The position numbers were made by a program, and so were the translations under genes. The notes beneath the pieces were generated by a model. That model ran no database searches. It was not told where the DNA came from and saw only the letters and a program-made list of their open reading frames with translations. A stretch of DNA of 64,000 nucleotides from assembly GCF_006345805.1 (NCBI RefSeq), contig NC_043024.1, positions 5,208,001 through 5,272,000 of the forward strand, written 5' to 3'. The DNA comes from Octopus sinensis. Taxonomy: Eukaryota. Shown in pieces: positions 37,607 to 50,911 of this stretch (position 1 is its first letter; each line of letters opens with the position of its first letter).

Positions 37607-37924
37607 GTAGCCAGCCAGTAGGTGTCGCTTCCGACAATCTCTGTTCGATGGTTTTATTTACCTAGTTTCGGTGGAATACATCCACTTGTTTTCAATAATA
37701 GAAATATTAAAATAACTAAGTCTCTCTAAAAGAGAACAGCGGCAGCGTTCCCGGAAAATAATAGTTATCGCCATACTAATATGGCATTCTTATAAAAATA
37801 AGAAAAAAGCTGTCCGCTTATTAGCTCCATGAGGCCATCGCCTTAAGTTAGCTATTTGATACACAAACTATCCATATAACCTTCGAACAAGGGAGGTCAG
37901 TCGCTCCACACTACTTGACCGGCA

Positions 37925-37966
37925 GCTACAGACGCGTTTCGGGGTATTGCCCCTTTTCAATGCAGC
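37925..37966 (-). ncRNA. Minimal type I hammerhead ribozyme (copy 2)
   Basis: Identical to copy 1, 360 nt away. Confidence 0.8.
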
Positions 37967-38128
37967 GTAGCCAGCCAGTAGGTGTCGCTTCTAAAAGAGT
38001 CTCTCTAAAAGAGACTTAGTTATTTTAATATTTCTATTATTGAAAACAAGTGGATGTATTCCACCGAAACTAGGTAAATAAAACCATCGAACAGAGATTG
38101 TCGGAAGCGACACCTACTGGCTGGCTAC

Positions 38129-38170
38129 GCTGCATTGAAAAGGGGCAATACCCCGAAACGCGTCTGTAGC
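38129..38170 (+). ncRNA. Minimal type I hammerhead ribozyme (copy 3, inverted)
   Basis: Identical motif on the plus strand. Confidence 0.8.
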
Positions 38171-39247
38171 TGCCGGTCAAGTAGTGTGGAGCGACTGACC
38201 TCCCTTGTTCGAAGGTTATATGGATACAGTTTGTGTATCAAATAGCTAACTTAAGGCGATGGCCTCATGGAGCTAATAAGCGGACAGCTTTTTTCTTATT
38301 TTTATAAGAATGCCATATTAGTATGGCGATAACTATTATTTTCCGGGAACGCTGCCGCTGTTCTCTTTTAGAGAGACTTAGTTATTTTAATATTTCTATT
38401 ATGTATATATATATTTACATGTATATATATATGTATACATATATATATATACATACATATATATATATATATATGTACATATATATATATATCTCACACA
38501 CATACACTTAAGTGCGCAAACACGCACACACATACACACATGTATTTCCATATCTGTGACTTGTGTTTCTCCCTCGTGACCGATTCATTTTCGATTTTGG
38601 CTCTTTATGTCATCGTAACTTAGCAATTCGACAAAAGGAGAACGAAGGAATGAGTAGCAGTGTGAAGAGAGATAACCGCAGCCTTCGATGAGTGTGAGTA
38701 AACACGTCGATGTAGTGCTCCAGCATGGCCTTGTCCAAGAATTGAAAATCAGTAAACGACGGACGAGAAAATCTATTTTGTAGGTAAATTGTATCAAGGG
38801 AGAGAACTCCTATATATAAACCACCTATTTTGGAGAGTAGTCTCCCTTAGGATGCAAACATCAGAATACGGCTGTCAAATGGTTTCAAGGCATTGTTCAA
38901 GGGAGGTAACTCCTATACAATATATTTGTGAGTAGTCTCCCGTAACACCAAAAGTTATGCCAGCCGTATTGTGCAGAGGGTGAGAGATGGAAATGAAGAG
39001 AGACAGACAGACAACAGTCGGACAGACACGTAAATCGGTGAGTGAAGGATAGGCACATATTCTGTGTCATTCCATAAATAATGCGGCTTTTTTATAATTT
39101 ATTTTTCAAAATTAAGATAGGCAGGGTTTTTTTTAATCTAAAGTTTTCTACATATATATATATATGTGTGTGTGTTTTTATATATTTATATATATATAAA
39201 TGTTTCTATTATATACCATGACTGGTTGTTGACAAATATTTAAACGG

Positions 39248-39449
39248 CGGTGCCCCAGCATGGCCACAGCTCATGAGCTGAAATTAGACGGAATGAAATG
39301 AAAAAAAAAATATATATATAAATATGTATGTATATATATATATGCGTGTGCATGCTTTAGTGTGTATATATATAATATATTTATATATATTTTTTTCATT
39401 TCATTCCATCTAATTTCAGCTCATGAGCTGTGGCCATGCTGGGGCACCG
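39248..39449. repeat. Fold-back of a CR1-type LINE 3' tail (arms about 39248-39325 and 39375-39449)
   Basis: CGGTGCCCCAGCATGGCCACAGCTCATGAGCTGAAATTAGA and its reverse complement; same tail as 4465-4505. Confidence 0.85.
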
Positions 39450-39502
39450 ACATTCAAAAATTTGTCTACAATCTGCCATGGGACTTGAACCCAGATCACT
39501 TG

Positions 39503-39536
<34 letters not shown>

Positions 39537-39562
39537 TACATACATACATTCATATACATATA

Positions 39563-39595
<33 letters not shown>

Positions 39596-39642
39596 CAAAA
39601 TTTACTTGGAAGAGGATGCGTGACGTATGTTATGTGTGTGTG

Positions 39643-39861
39643 TGGCAGAAACGTTAGCACACCGGGCGAAATGCTTAGTGGTATTGAGTCTGTCGTTGCG
39701 TTCTGAGTTCAAATTCCTCCGAGGTCGACTTTGCCTTTCATCCTTTCGGGGTCGATAAATTAAGTACCAGTTACGCACTGGGATCGATGTAATCGACTTA
39801 ATCCATTTGTCTGTCCTTGTTTGTCCCCTGTATGTTTAGCCCATTGTGGGCAATAAAGAAA
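39643..39861 (+). mobile_element. SINE-II, tail type A
   Basis: Ends TTTGTCTGTCCTTGTTTGTCCCCTGTATGTTTAGCCCATTGTGGGCAATAAAGAAA. Confidence 0.9.
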
Positions 39862-40083
39862 CGTATATACATATATATGTATGTATTAAGTATGAATGTA
39901 GGGAGGTCGAGAGGCATATACAGTAATGCCTCGATATACAAGTTAATTTGTGCAGATGTATACATATATATATACATAATATATATATTATATATATGTA
40001 TGTATTTATGTAGGTATGCCTGTATATATGTGAGATAATAGTCTCACTTTAATAGTTTCAGTATTAAAGTGAAGATATCTTAT

Positions 40084-40112
40084 ACTAGCAGAGATACCCG
40101 GCGTTGCCCGTG
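40084..40112 (-). mobile_element. Helitron-like 3' terminus
   Basis: Minus strand CGGGCAACGCCGGGTATCTCTGCTAG|T; 5' end not resolved. Confidence 0.55.
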
Positions 40113-40461
40113 GTACATGCAATTGAAGAATTAGACTTTTCTGTTACATTTTCTCTAATGAACTGGAATATCTATGATACAAATTTCATCAAAATTGCAG
40201 ATGAGGGTTCTTACCCTCTGTACACACCCTTAAAATATTCTAATCATGACACATGTATCTCATACTACTGATCTTTATACGCAGAATCCAAAATTCCAGT
40301 CTTATGGAACCTGTTAAAAGGATTTTGCTCCTATAAAATGGATGTCATGGAGCTCTAAAATGTGTGAGTTATTGGGGGTAGGTGTTTTAATGCCAACCAG
40401 AGAAGTTGAATTGGTGAGAATCTTTTTAACTTATATGTATTTCGTGGTTGACCGATCGATG

Positions 40462-41020
40462 ACAGAAAGAAAAATATTCCGCTGTTCCTTATTATAGCCT
40501 GTATTTATATACAGAGGTAGACTTATTCATGAATGCTCCTTATAAATATACAGTCTTCCTTTAGGTGATGAGAATATCAAAGACACACATATATATATAT
40601 ATATATCTATATATATATGTATGCATATATATATGGGTACTTTTCTACATGCGTGGTCCCGGTGCAAGCTAGTCGTGACTAGTCGATCTTACAAAGACTA
40701 CATAACGCGAGTGCGCGACTAAAAATCACACTTGCATGCGCTAGACATGTATGAGGTTTCTTTTAACAAATAATTTTTTTTAAACAAAGAAAATAAAACA
40801 AAAATTAATTTCTTTTGTTGAGTCTTTTATTTACTTTGTTTAAGACAAAACCCATTTTATTTGATATATATTCAGCCATTATATACATATATTATTATGC
40901 GCGTATCTGTTAATTTGCATACTGACGCTAGGTAGTCGTTGAAGGATCGACCAGTGACAACGGACTGGCACGAGTGCACGCACCGGGACCATTCTTTTTG
41001 AGTAGTACCTTTGGGAGAGA
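40462..41020. repeat. Rearranged copy of the ZNF upstream modules
   Basis: 40462-40585 matches 12733-12853 (direct); 40630-41020 is the inverted copy of about 14245-14612. Confidence 0.85.
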
Positions 41021-41492
41021 ATCTATCAAATTAAATACTTTAAGAAGTGCTCGCTAACTAATTCATGTGTTGCTACTAATGACAGACGCTGAAAGACATA
41101 ATTTCAAATGGATTAAACGCTGATTCCTCACAAATAGCTTTTCCCACGGAAGAAATTGTAAGCAGTTTCCTAACATGTCGGATTTTGATTAATTGGATCC
41201 TTTGATGATAGAGACTCTAGGTTTCTTTGACTGTATACAAACCATAGAATCCGAAAAGGACTGTGTAGCACATGAACAAATCTATCGCTACACAAGATTA
41301 AATAATTAGAATACATTTAAATTAAATTTTTAAAAGGGCAAGAGCTTATCCAGAAATGTCGTATTACCGTGTTATAGTCGACGCCTTTAATAAGCCTTCC
41401 TTCTGTACTCTTACTAATTCTCTACAGAATAAGTGGATTGTAATCCTGCTGAGTATACTGTCTTTCTTATCTTTCTATGCAGTATACTTTTA

Positions 41493-44400
41493 TATCAGAT
41501 TGTAGATGAGTATACTTGGTATCAGATTGTAGATGAATATACTTGGTATCAAATTGTAGATGAGTATACTTGGTATCAAATTGTAGATGAGTATACTTGG
41601 TATCAGATTGTAGATGAGTATACTTGGTATCAAATTCTAGATGAGTATACTTGGTATCATGTTGTAGATGAGTATACTTGGTATCAGATTATAGATGAGT
41701 ATACATGGTATCAGATTGTAGATGAGTATACTTCGTATCAGAATCTAGATGAGTATACATGGTATAAAATTGTAGATGAGTATAATTGGTATAAGATTGT
41801 AGATGAGTATACTTGGTATCAGATTATAGATCAGTATAGTTGGTATCAGATTGTAGATAAGTATACTTAGTATGAAATTGTAGATGAGTATACTTGGTAT
41901 CAAATTCTAGATGAGTATAGTTGGTATCAGATTGTAGATGAGTATACTTGGTATCAGATTGTAGATGAGTATACTTGGTATCAGATTGTAGATGAGTATA
42001 TATGGTACCAGAATGTAGATGAGTATACATGGTATCAAATTATTGATGAGTATACGTGGTATCTAATTCAAGATGAGTATACTTGGTATCATGTTGTAGA
42101 TGAGTATACTTGGTATCAGACTATAGATGAGTATACATGGTTAAAAATGTAGATGAGTATACATGGTATAAAATTGTAGATGAGTATACTTGGTATAAGA
42201 TTATAGATCAGTATAGTTGGTATCAGATTGTAGATGAGTATACTTAGTATGAAATTGAAGATGAGTATACTTGGTATCAGAATGTAGATGAGTATACATG
42301 GTATCAAATTATTGATGAGTATACGTGTTATCTAATTCTAGATGAGTATACTTAGTATGAAATTGTAGATGAGTATACTTGGTATCAGATTGTAGATGAA
42401 TATACTTGGTATCAGAATGTAGATGAGTATACTTGGTATCAAATTGTAGATGAGTATACTTGGTATCAGATTATAGATGAGCATAGTTGGTATCAGATTG
42501 TAGATGAGTATACTTGGTATCAGAATGTAGATGAGTATACATGGTATCAAATTATTGATGAGTATACGTGGTATCTAATTCTAGATGAGTATACTTAGTA
42601 TAAAATTGTAGATGAGTATACTTGGTATCAGATTGTAGATGAATATACTTGGTATCAGAATGTAGATGAGTATACTTGGTATCAAATTGTAGATGAGTAT
42701 ACTTGGTATCAGATTATAGAAGAGTATAGTTGGTATGAGATTGTAGATGAGTATACTTGGTATAAGAATGTAGATGAGTATACATGGTATCAAATTATTG
42801 ATGAGTATACGTGGTGTCTAATTCTAGATGAGTATACTTGATATCAGATTGTAGGTGAGTATTCTTGGTATCAGATTATAGATATGTATAGTCGGTATGA
42901 GATTGTAGATGAGTATACTTGGTATCAGGTTGTAGATGAGTATACATGGTATCAAAATATTGATGAGTATATGTGGTATCTAATTCTAGATGAGTATTCT
43001 TGGTATCAGATTATAGATGAGTATAGTTGGTATGAGATTGTTGATGAGCATACTTGGTATCAGGTTGTAGATGAGTATACATGGTATAAAATTGTAGATG
43101 AGTATACTTGGTATCAAATTGTAGATGAGTATACATGGTATCAGATTGTAGATGAGTATACTTAGTATGAAATTGTAGATGAGTATACATGGTATAAAAT
43201 TGTAGATGAGTATACGTGGTATCAGATTGTAGATGAGTATACTTGATATGAAATTGTAGATGAGTATACATGGTATAAAATTGTAGATGAGTATACGTGG
43301 TATCAGATTGTAGATGAGTATACTTAGTATGAAATTGTAGATGAGTATACTTGGTATCAGATTGTAGATGAATATACTTGGTATCAGAATGTAGATGAGT
43401 ATACTTGGTATCAAATTGTAGATGAGTATACTTGGTATCAGATTATAGATGAGTATAGTTGGTATGAGATTGTAGATGAGTATACTTGGTATAAGAATGT
43501 AGATGAGTATACATGGTATCAAATTATTGATGAGTATACGTGGTGTCTAATTCTAGATGAGTATACTTGGTATCAGATTGTAGGTGAGTATACTTGGTAT
43601 CAAATCAAATTGTAGAGTATACTTGGTATCAAATTATAGATGAGTATAGTTGGTATGAGATTGTAGATGAATATACTTGGTATCAGAATGTAGATGAGTA
43701 TACTTGGTATCAAATTGTAGATGAGTATACTTGGTGTCAAATTGTAGATGAGGATACTTTGCTATCAAATTGTAGATGAGTATACTTGGTATCAGATTTT
43801 AGATGAGTATACTTGGTATCAGATTATAGATCAGTATAGTTGGTATCAGATTGTAGATAAGTATACTTAGTATGAAATTGTAGATGAGTATACTTGGTAT
43901 CAAATTCTAGATGAGTATAGTTGGTATCAGATTGTAGATGAGTATACTTGGTATCAGATTGTAGATGAGTATACTTGGTATCAGATTGTAGATGAGTATA
44001 TATGGTACCAGAATGTAGATGAGTATACATGGTATCAAATTATTGATGAGTATACGTGGTATCTAATTCAAGATGAGTATACTTGGTATCATGTTGTAGA
44101 TGAGTATACTTGGTATCAGACTATAGATGAGTATACATGGTTAAAAATGTAGATGAGTATACATGGTATAAAATTGTAGATGAGTATACTTGGTATAAGA
44201 TTATAGATCAGTATAGTTGTATCAGATTGTAGATGAGTATACTTAGTATGAAATTGAAGATGAGTATACTTGGTATCAGAATGTAGATGAGTATACATGG
44301 TATCAATTATTGATGAGTATACGTGTTATCTAATTCTAGATGAGTATACTTAGTATGAAATTGTAGATGAGTATACTTGGTATCAGATTGTAGATGAATA

Positions 44401-45815
44401 TACTTGGTATCAGAATGTAGATGAGTATACTTGGTATCAAATTGTAGATGAGTATACTTGGTATCAGATTATAGATGAGCATAGTTGGTATCAGATTGTA
44501 GATGAGTATACTTGGTATCAGAATGTAGATGAGTATACATGGTATCAAATTATTGATGAGTATATGTGGTATCTAATTCTAGATGAGTATACTTAGTATA
44601 AAATTGTAGATGAGTATACTTGGTATCAGATTGTAGATGAATATACTTGGTATCAGAATGTAGATGAGTATACTTGGTATCAAATTGTAGATGAGTATAC
44701 TTGGTATCAGATTATAGATGAGTATAGTTGGTATGAGATTGTAGATGAGTATACTTGGTATAAGAATGTAGATGAGTATACATGGTATCAAATTATTGAT
44801 GAGTATACGTGGTGTCTAATTCTAGATGAGTATACTTGATATCAGATTGTAGGTGAGTATTCTTGGTATCAGATTATAGATATAGTATAGTCGGTATGAG
44901 ATTGTAGATGAGTATACTTGGTATCAGGTTGTAGATGAGTATACATGGTATCAAAATATTGATGAGTATATGTGGTATCTAATTCTAGATGAGTATTCTT
45001 GGTATCAGATTATAGATGAGTATAGTTGGTATGAGATTGTAGATGAGCATACTTGGTATCAGGTTGTAGATGAGTATACATGGTATAAAATTGTAGATGA
45101 GTATACTTGGTATCAAATTGTAGATGAGTATACATGGTATCAGATTGTAGATGAGTATACTTAGTATGAAATTGTAGATGAGTATACATGGTATAAAATT
45201 GTAGATGAGTATACGTGGTATCAGATTGTAGATGAGTATACTTAGTATGAAATTGTAGATGAGTATACATGGTATAAAATTGTAGATGAGTATACGTGGT
45301 ATCAGATTGTAGATGAGTATACTTAGTATGAAATTGTAGATGAGTATACTTGGTATCAGATTGTAGATGAATATACTTGGTATCAGAATGTAGATGAGTA
45401 TACTTGGTATCAAATTGTAGATGAGTATACTTGGTATCAGATTATAGATGAGTATAGTTGGTATGAGATTGTAGATGAGTATACTTGGTATAAGAATGTA
45501 GATGAGTATACATGGTATCAAATTATTGATGAGTATACGTGGTGTCTAATTCTAGATGAGTATACTTGGTATCAGATTGTAGGTGAGTATACTTTGTATC
45601 AAATCAAATTGTAGTGTATACTTGGTATCAAATTATAGATGAGTATAGTTGGTATGAGATTGTAGATGAATATACTTGGTATCAGAATGTAGATGAGTAT
45701 ACTTGGTATCAAATTGTAGATGAGTATACTTGGTGTCAAATTGTAGATGAGGATACTTTGCTATCAAATTGTAGATGAGTATACTTGGTATCAGATTTTA
45801 GATGAGTATACTTGG
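41493..45815. repeat. 27-bp minisatellite (consensus TATCAGATTGTAGATGAGTATACTTGG), about 160 units, with a 2-kb higher-order duplication
   Basis: Head-to-tail units without spacers; variant pattern of 41801-43800 recurs at 43801-45815. Confidence 0.97.
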
Positions 45816-48305
45816 TTTTCATATTTCAAAACTTCAGTTCTGTCTAATAAATAGATTGCCATAATATACTTCTTGGAAGAAACCCTACACAGTACGTGGT
45901 CTCATTTCAACTAGGGTAGGAAATGATGAATAATGCATGGCTTTTTCGATGTACGGTGGCTGTGGCTTCTGCAATATCCCGAAAAGTACGTGCTCTATAT
46001 TTATCATGCATCCTTAACGATATGCCATGATCATTATGTAGCAATATATTTTTGAAGCTACCATCGCCTAACTTTTCATGGTCTGTTTTCTTCAGGTCCA
46101 TCGGTAGGTAAAGTTCGTTACGTAGTAATTTACATCATCTTAATTCTACCTGAAGCAATTTACATGTTATATGGTAGAGTTACTTTAGCATCAGGCAGTC
46201 GCTCTTTTCTCGTTTACCAATTTCATCTGGGTATCTGACAATAGTCTAATTTAATATGCATTTCTTCAATTTCTGAGGGGACATTGAACGCCTTAGAAAT
46301 TGCCTCAACGGCACATTGTTTTTCTGATTATATTTACCCACCGCCCATCCTGACCCCTAGTCCAGCAGACCAACGACATTTTAACCATGACTCTTTTGTC
46401 TTCAGACCGTGTCATTAGTAGTGCATTATCTACTATACTCTTCCCTATTTAAGATGATGGAGAGTGGTTTGAAGGCGATTCCTTAAGATCAAACTTCTCA
46501 CAAAATACAATAGAAAATATGGGGTGAATTTATATGATGTAACTTAAGGAAGAGAAAAGTTCTAAACTTCCAGATGGAGCCGTCATCAGAGAGAGACAGA
46601 GACACACAGAGACGGTATATTTTCTTGTAAGACTGAATGTATATATATTAAGGGCACAGAGTTAGAGGGGTAACAAGAAATAGTGTAGAATATCTGGAAG
46701 GAAAAACAGCAAAGAATTTAGAACACGTCGATGAAGGGTCACAAGAGTTGGTTGGGAGCCAGTGACCAAAACGAAAGCATAATCAACAGGAACGCTGGTA
46801 CATTTGATAAACAAGGAGTAGAAACTTTGGAAATGAAAGAAGTTGAGGAAGTTAAATTCGATAGAAAAATAAAGATACTTATTCCAAGCATTCTTAATTT
46901 ACTCTGACGTTGATATTTTGCTGTAGTTAGAAAACCACGAGTTTTGGTTTTTTCTATGTTTAAAATAATATATCTGCAATTAGTTTGTGTGTCTTATCTA
47001 AGTTACTGTTGCTTAACTCATGATCGGCTCTGTTCCAACTGGGAAATGATCAACGGAGTTTTAACGGTCGTCCATCCATCTTCTCTGCCCACTGTTTCTG
47101 AGAGGATAGCGAGGTGTTGTGCCCTCTGGAACTTACTTCAAATCCCAACAATCAACTATGCCTTTCATTCATAGTGTCGATAGTATAAAGTAACAGTTGT
47201 GTAGCCCAGTATCGACAAACCATTTTCCTTGAACATGTGGCTTTGTGCCTATGTTAAAATGTTTATAGAAACGTTATGTCATAGATACAGTGACGTTATA
47301 ACATGCGCTACGTAATAAAACAAACCAATATGGCGTATAATTCTTTTCAGCAGTTCATATATTGAAGCTATAAATATTTGTAATGATATACATACATCAA
47401 TGATATACAAACATAAATGTTCTTTTGAAGATGCAATGAGGTGTGATCTGATATGTATATATGCCCAACATGGATATGTATACATTGTCTGAATATGGGT
47501 ATACTGGTCGTTTCTGTTGGTATTTGTATTTGTTCCGTTTATATGTTATTGCTCTTGTGGTTTTATGGGTTGGAGGGGGCTGTTTCTATGCTCGGTGTAT
47601 GTTGAATATGAGTGTCAATGTGTCTGTGTGTCTATGCGTTACGCATATGTTATAAAGAAGTGTGCTGTGCATTCGTAAATATGTTAAACATACATTTTCC
47701 TAATGTACATGTGTCATTGTCTCTAATGATATACTTGCGAAAAGTTTTATACTCTGCATGTTCATTCGTCGTGTATGTGAGCAATCGTGTGGATATGTAT
47801 ACAGCCCTGATTAACCAGGTTTCTGTCCAAAAGCGTTCCAGTTGTTATCATCTCATTGTTCTGCAAAGTATAGGAGACATAGGAACCTAACATATATTAT
47901 CAAATATATTCTTCTTTAAGATAGTGGGATATGATCAGAGGATAACTATGCTGGAATTTCTAGCAAAGCAATTAGCCATGTACAGGATCTCTCATTGGCC
48001 AGCGCGTGTATTCATTAGAAATAAATATGTATATATATACATCTATATATATGTGTGTGTGTGTGTATATGCATATCTGTATATATACATGTACAGATAT
48101 ATGTATATATATTTCTATATATGTACACATATGTATATATATATACATGCATATGAATGTATATGTATATCTATGTATGTGTATGTATATATATACTTAT
48201 ATGTATATATATATATATATGTGTATGTATATATATACTTATATGTATATATATATGTGTATGTATATGTATATATATATATGTGTGTGTGTGTGTATAT
48301 ATATA

Positions 48306-48506
48306 GGCGGTGAGCTGGCAGAAACGTTAGCGCGCCGGGCGAAATGCTCAGCAGTATTTCGTCTGTCGCTACGTTCTGAGTTGAAATTCCGCCGAGGTTG
48401 ACTTTGTCTTTCATCCTTTCGGGGTCGAGAGATAAAGTACCAGTTTCGCACTGGGGTCAATGTAATCAACTTAATCCCTTTGTCTGTCCTTCTTTATCCT
48501 CTCTAT
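48306..48506 (+). mobile_element. SINE-II
   Basis: GGCGGTGAGCTGGCAGAAACGTTAG head and core. Confidence 0.88.
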
Positions 48507-48917
48507 GTTATATATATATCTTATATGTTTTCTACACATCTAATAGTTTGTAATTCCTATTAGGAAATGAAACACATGTAATGCTGAATAAATACTATCA
48601 AACTGTTTTCCAGTCTCCTTTTATGTTATGTAATTACTCTGCAAAAAATATCATCCAAACCGCCCACAATAATAATATATATGTATACCGTAAATCCTTG
48701 AGTGTAATCCGCATTTTTTTCCCAAAATTTATTGGTCAAAATCCCTAGTGCGTACTATATACGAGGTTAAAAATGAAAAATATTTTCTAAGCAATGTCCG
48801 AGTCTCTATTTTGCTGGTTTTAGATACTGTAATACTAATATGTAATAAATGCGAGTCTATATTGAATGTACATTGTTTGTTTTGGATGAGTATATGGGTT
48901 TTTGCAGGTATTTATTT

Positions 48918-49350
48918 GGCAGTCTTATATATTATATATTAAGTTTATCTTTGTACTCATCTTAATTTGTATCTTATGTTATTTATTAATAAATCTATTC
49001 ATTTACTTATATGTGGCTTTATACATATTAGCAGTCTTATATATTTAGTTTATATTTGTACTCATCTTGATTTGTACTTTATGTTATTTAGCTATTTATT
49101 TATTCATTTATTTATATGTAAATATTTACATATTAGCAGCCTGTATACTAAGTTTATCTATGTACTCATTTTAATGTATATTTTTTATTTTATTTTATGT
49201 TATTTATCTATTCATTTATGTATATGTGGATATATACATATTAGCAGTATTATATATTAAGTTTACCTTTGTATTTATCTTAATTTGTATTTTATGGTAT
49301 TTATCTATTTATTTATTTATTTATTTATATGTAGATATATACATACATAT
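48918..49350. repeat. Degenerate AT-rich tandem repeat, about 105-112 bp x4
   Basis: GCAG(T/C)..TATA anchors at about 48919, 49031, 49136 and 49243. Confidence 0.7.
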
Positions 49351-50911
49351 CCATTATTTATTAAAAAATATATATATGTATACATGTTTTTACTTATATT
49401 TTCATTTTTATTTTTAATTATTTCATCTTATTTTATTTTATTACATTTTAATTTTAAGTAATAACAATTATTAACTTATAATTAATTTAATTTACAATTA
49501 TTTACTTATATACTATTTATTGGTAAGTCCTGTTAATTACTACATATGTATTTATACGTCCACTGATATTATTTATGCTAAATCCTGTTAATTATTATAT
49601 ATGTATTTATGTGTCCACTGATACTTAAAAATATATATATATGTATAAGTACTACGAATGTTTACATGCACATCATATGTGAAAATATATAGTGTGTATA
49701 TATATGTTTGTTGTTACACATGAGTATACATATGGATATGTAGATGTGAGTATAATTCTATTAGTTCGTTGGTGAGGGTTTAAATAGGAATATAATAGTA
49801 TTGTAATAATACTAGACTTCTTACGTAGTGATGTTATCTGTATAAGTTATAAGGAGTTATTTTGATTATATATCTTAGAATATTAGCGTATTTTGACTTT
49901 TTACAATTAATTTCTTATAATTTAATTATTATAAACCTCTGTTAACTTAGTATATATGTGTTTTTATGTCTTTTGATAGACAAACATAAACGGGTATTCT
50001 ATATTTTATAATTTAGTAAATGTTTGAATGAAACATAGCGGTAAAGATGCGGACATTTTTAGTTATAAAATATTTTGTTTACGAAAAATACGGTGTCACA
50101 CGAATTATGTACCTTATGACATATTACACTCTCCATCTAGGTATAATTATATGTATGATTGCATTTACGGATTTATGGACATATGTGAGTGGATCTGTTT
50201 GTAAACCCTTAGTTAATACCACCACCATGGTGCCATCCGGGGCGGGAGGATGTCTGCATGCATGTATGTGCAATCGGTTGAGTTCCTCTGTTTGCATGTG
50301 TATAGTTGGGATAGTACCTCTTATGTTATTTATTTATTTATGATTTGGTTGTGTATGTGGGTATGTCTTTGTGTATATGTGTGGGTGTGTGTGTGTGTGT
50401 ATACATATGACTATGTATGTATGTGTGCACGTTTTTTGTGGATGTGCGTGAGCGTGTGTATGTTTCCTAGCTAACTAACCGTACAATTTCTATTGTAATT
50501 CAAATTTAAAAGTATAGGCCAATCGAATGCATCTGTGAAAACTAATACCATGCAAACGGAGGAATTCGACTGATTGCATATCTATGCGGATGTCCGCTTG
50601 CATTGGATGGTACCGTGGTGGTGGTATTAACTTTATTGACTTTTTGTGAAATGACACATTTTAATATATTGGACTGTTTAATATATATGCCTGCATTGAG
50701 TGTGAGTGTGTCTGTTGTGGTTTCTTGATGTTGGTTGAGGAGCTGTGGAGTTCAATATGGAACATTATTGTGTTTGTTGATGTATATTGATCTATATTGT
50801 TTATATTGTATTATTGTGTATATATATATATGTAAGAATATGAGTATGTATGCACACATATTTATATTTATAAGTAAATTATTTACAATTTGTACTCATA
50901 CTTGCATTAAA

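Larger units (their letters stand above)
37396..38402. mobile_element. 362-bp hammerhead-bearing unit, tandem plus inverted (retrozyme / Penelope pLTR-like)
   Basis: Unit 37396-37757, partial unit 37758-37991, inverted permuted copy about 38010-38402; flanked by (TA)n. Confidence 0.85.

Noticed and set aside
41433-45521. Coding repeat protein (YQIVDEYTW)n or its antisense ORFs
   Set aside because: Frequent TAG/TGA at the Trp codon, frameshifting indels and abundant non-synonymous variants. Stops falling mostly at TGG was noted as editing-compatible but is not enough evidence.
41493-45815. CRISPR-like array
   Set aside because: Units are contiguous with no unique spacers, there are no cas genes, and the context is eukaryotic.
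45900-46430. Possible Tc1-like transposase relic (ORF 45907-46101, minus)
   Set aside because: Only vague resemblance; no clear DDE motif or TIRs.
46725-46790. CGATGAAG-GGTCAC...GTGACC-AAAAC hammerhead-like hairpin
   Set aside because: Both core segments are defective and there is no stem III or stem I closure.
49968-50046. TTGATAGA-CAAACAT...ATGTTTG-AAT-GAAAC...GTA motif
   Set aside because: Insertions in the core and unpaired stem II closure; too degenerate to call in AT-rich DNA.
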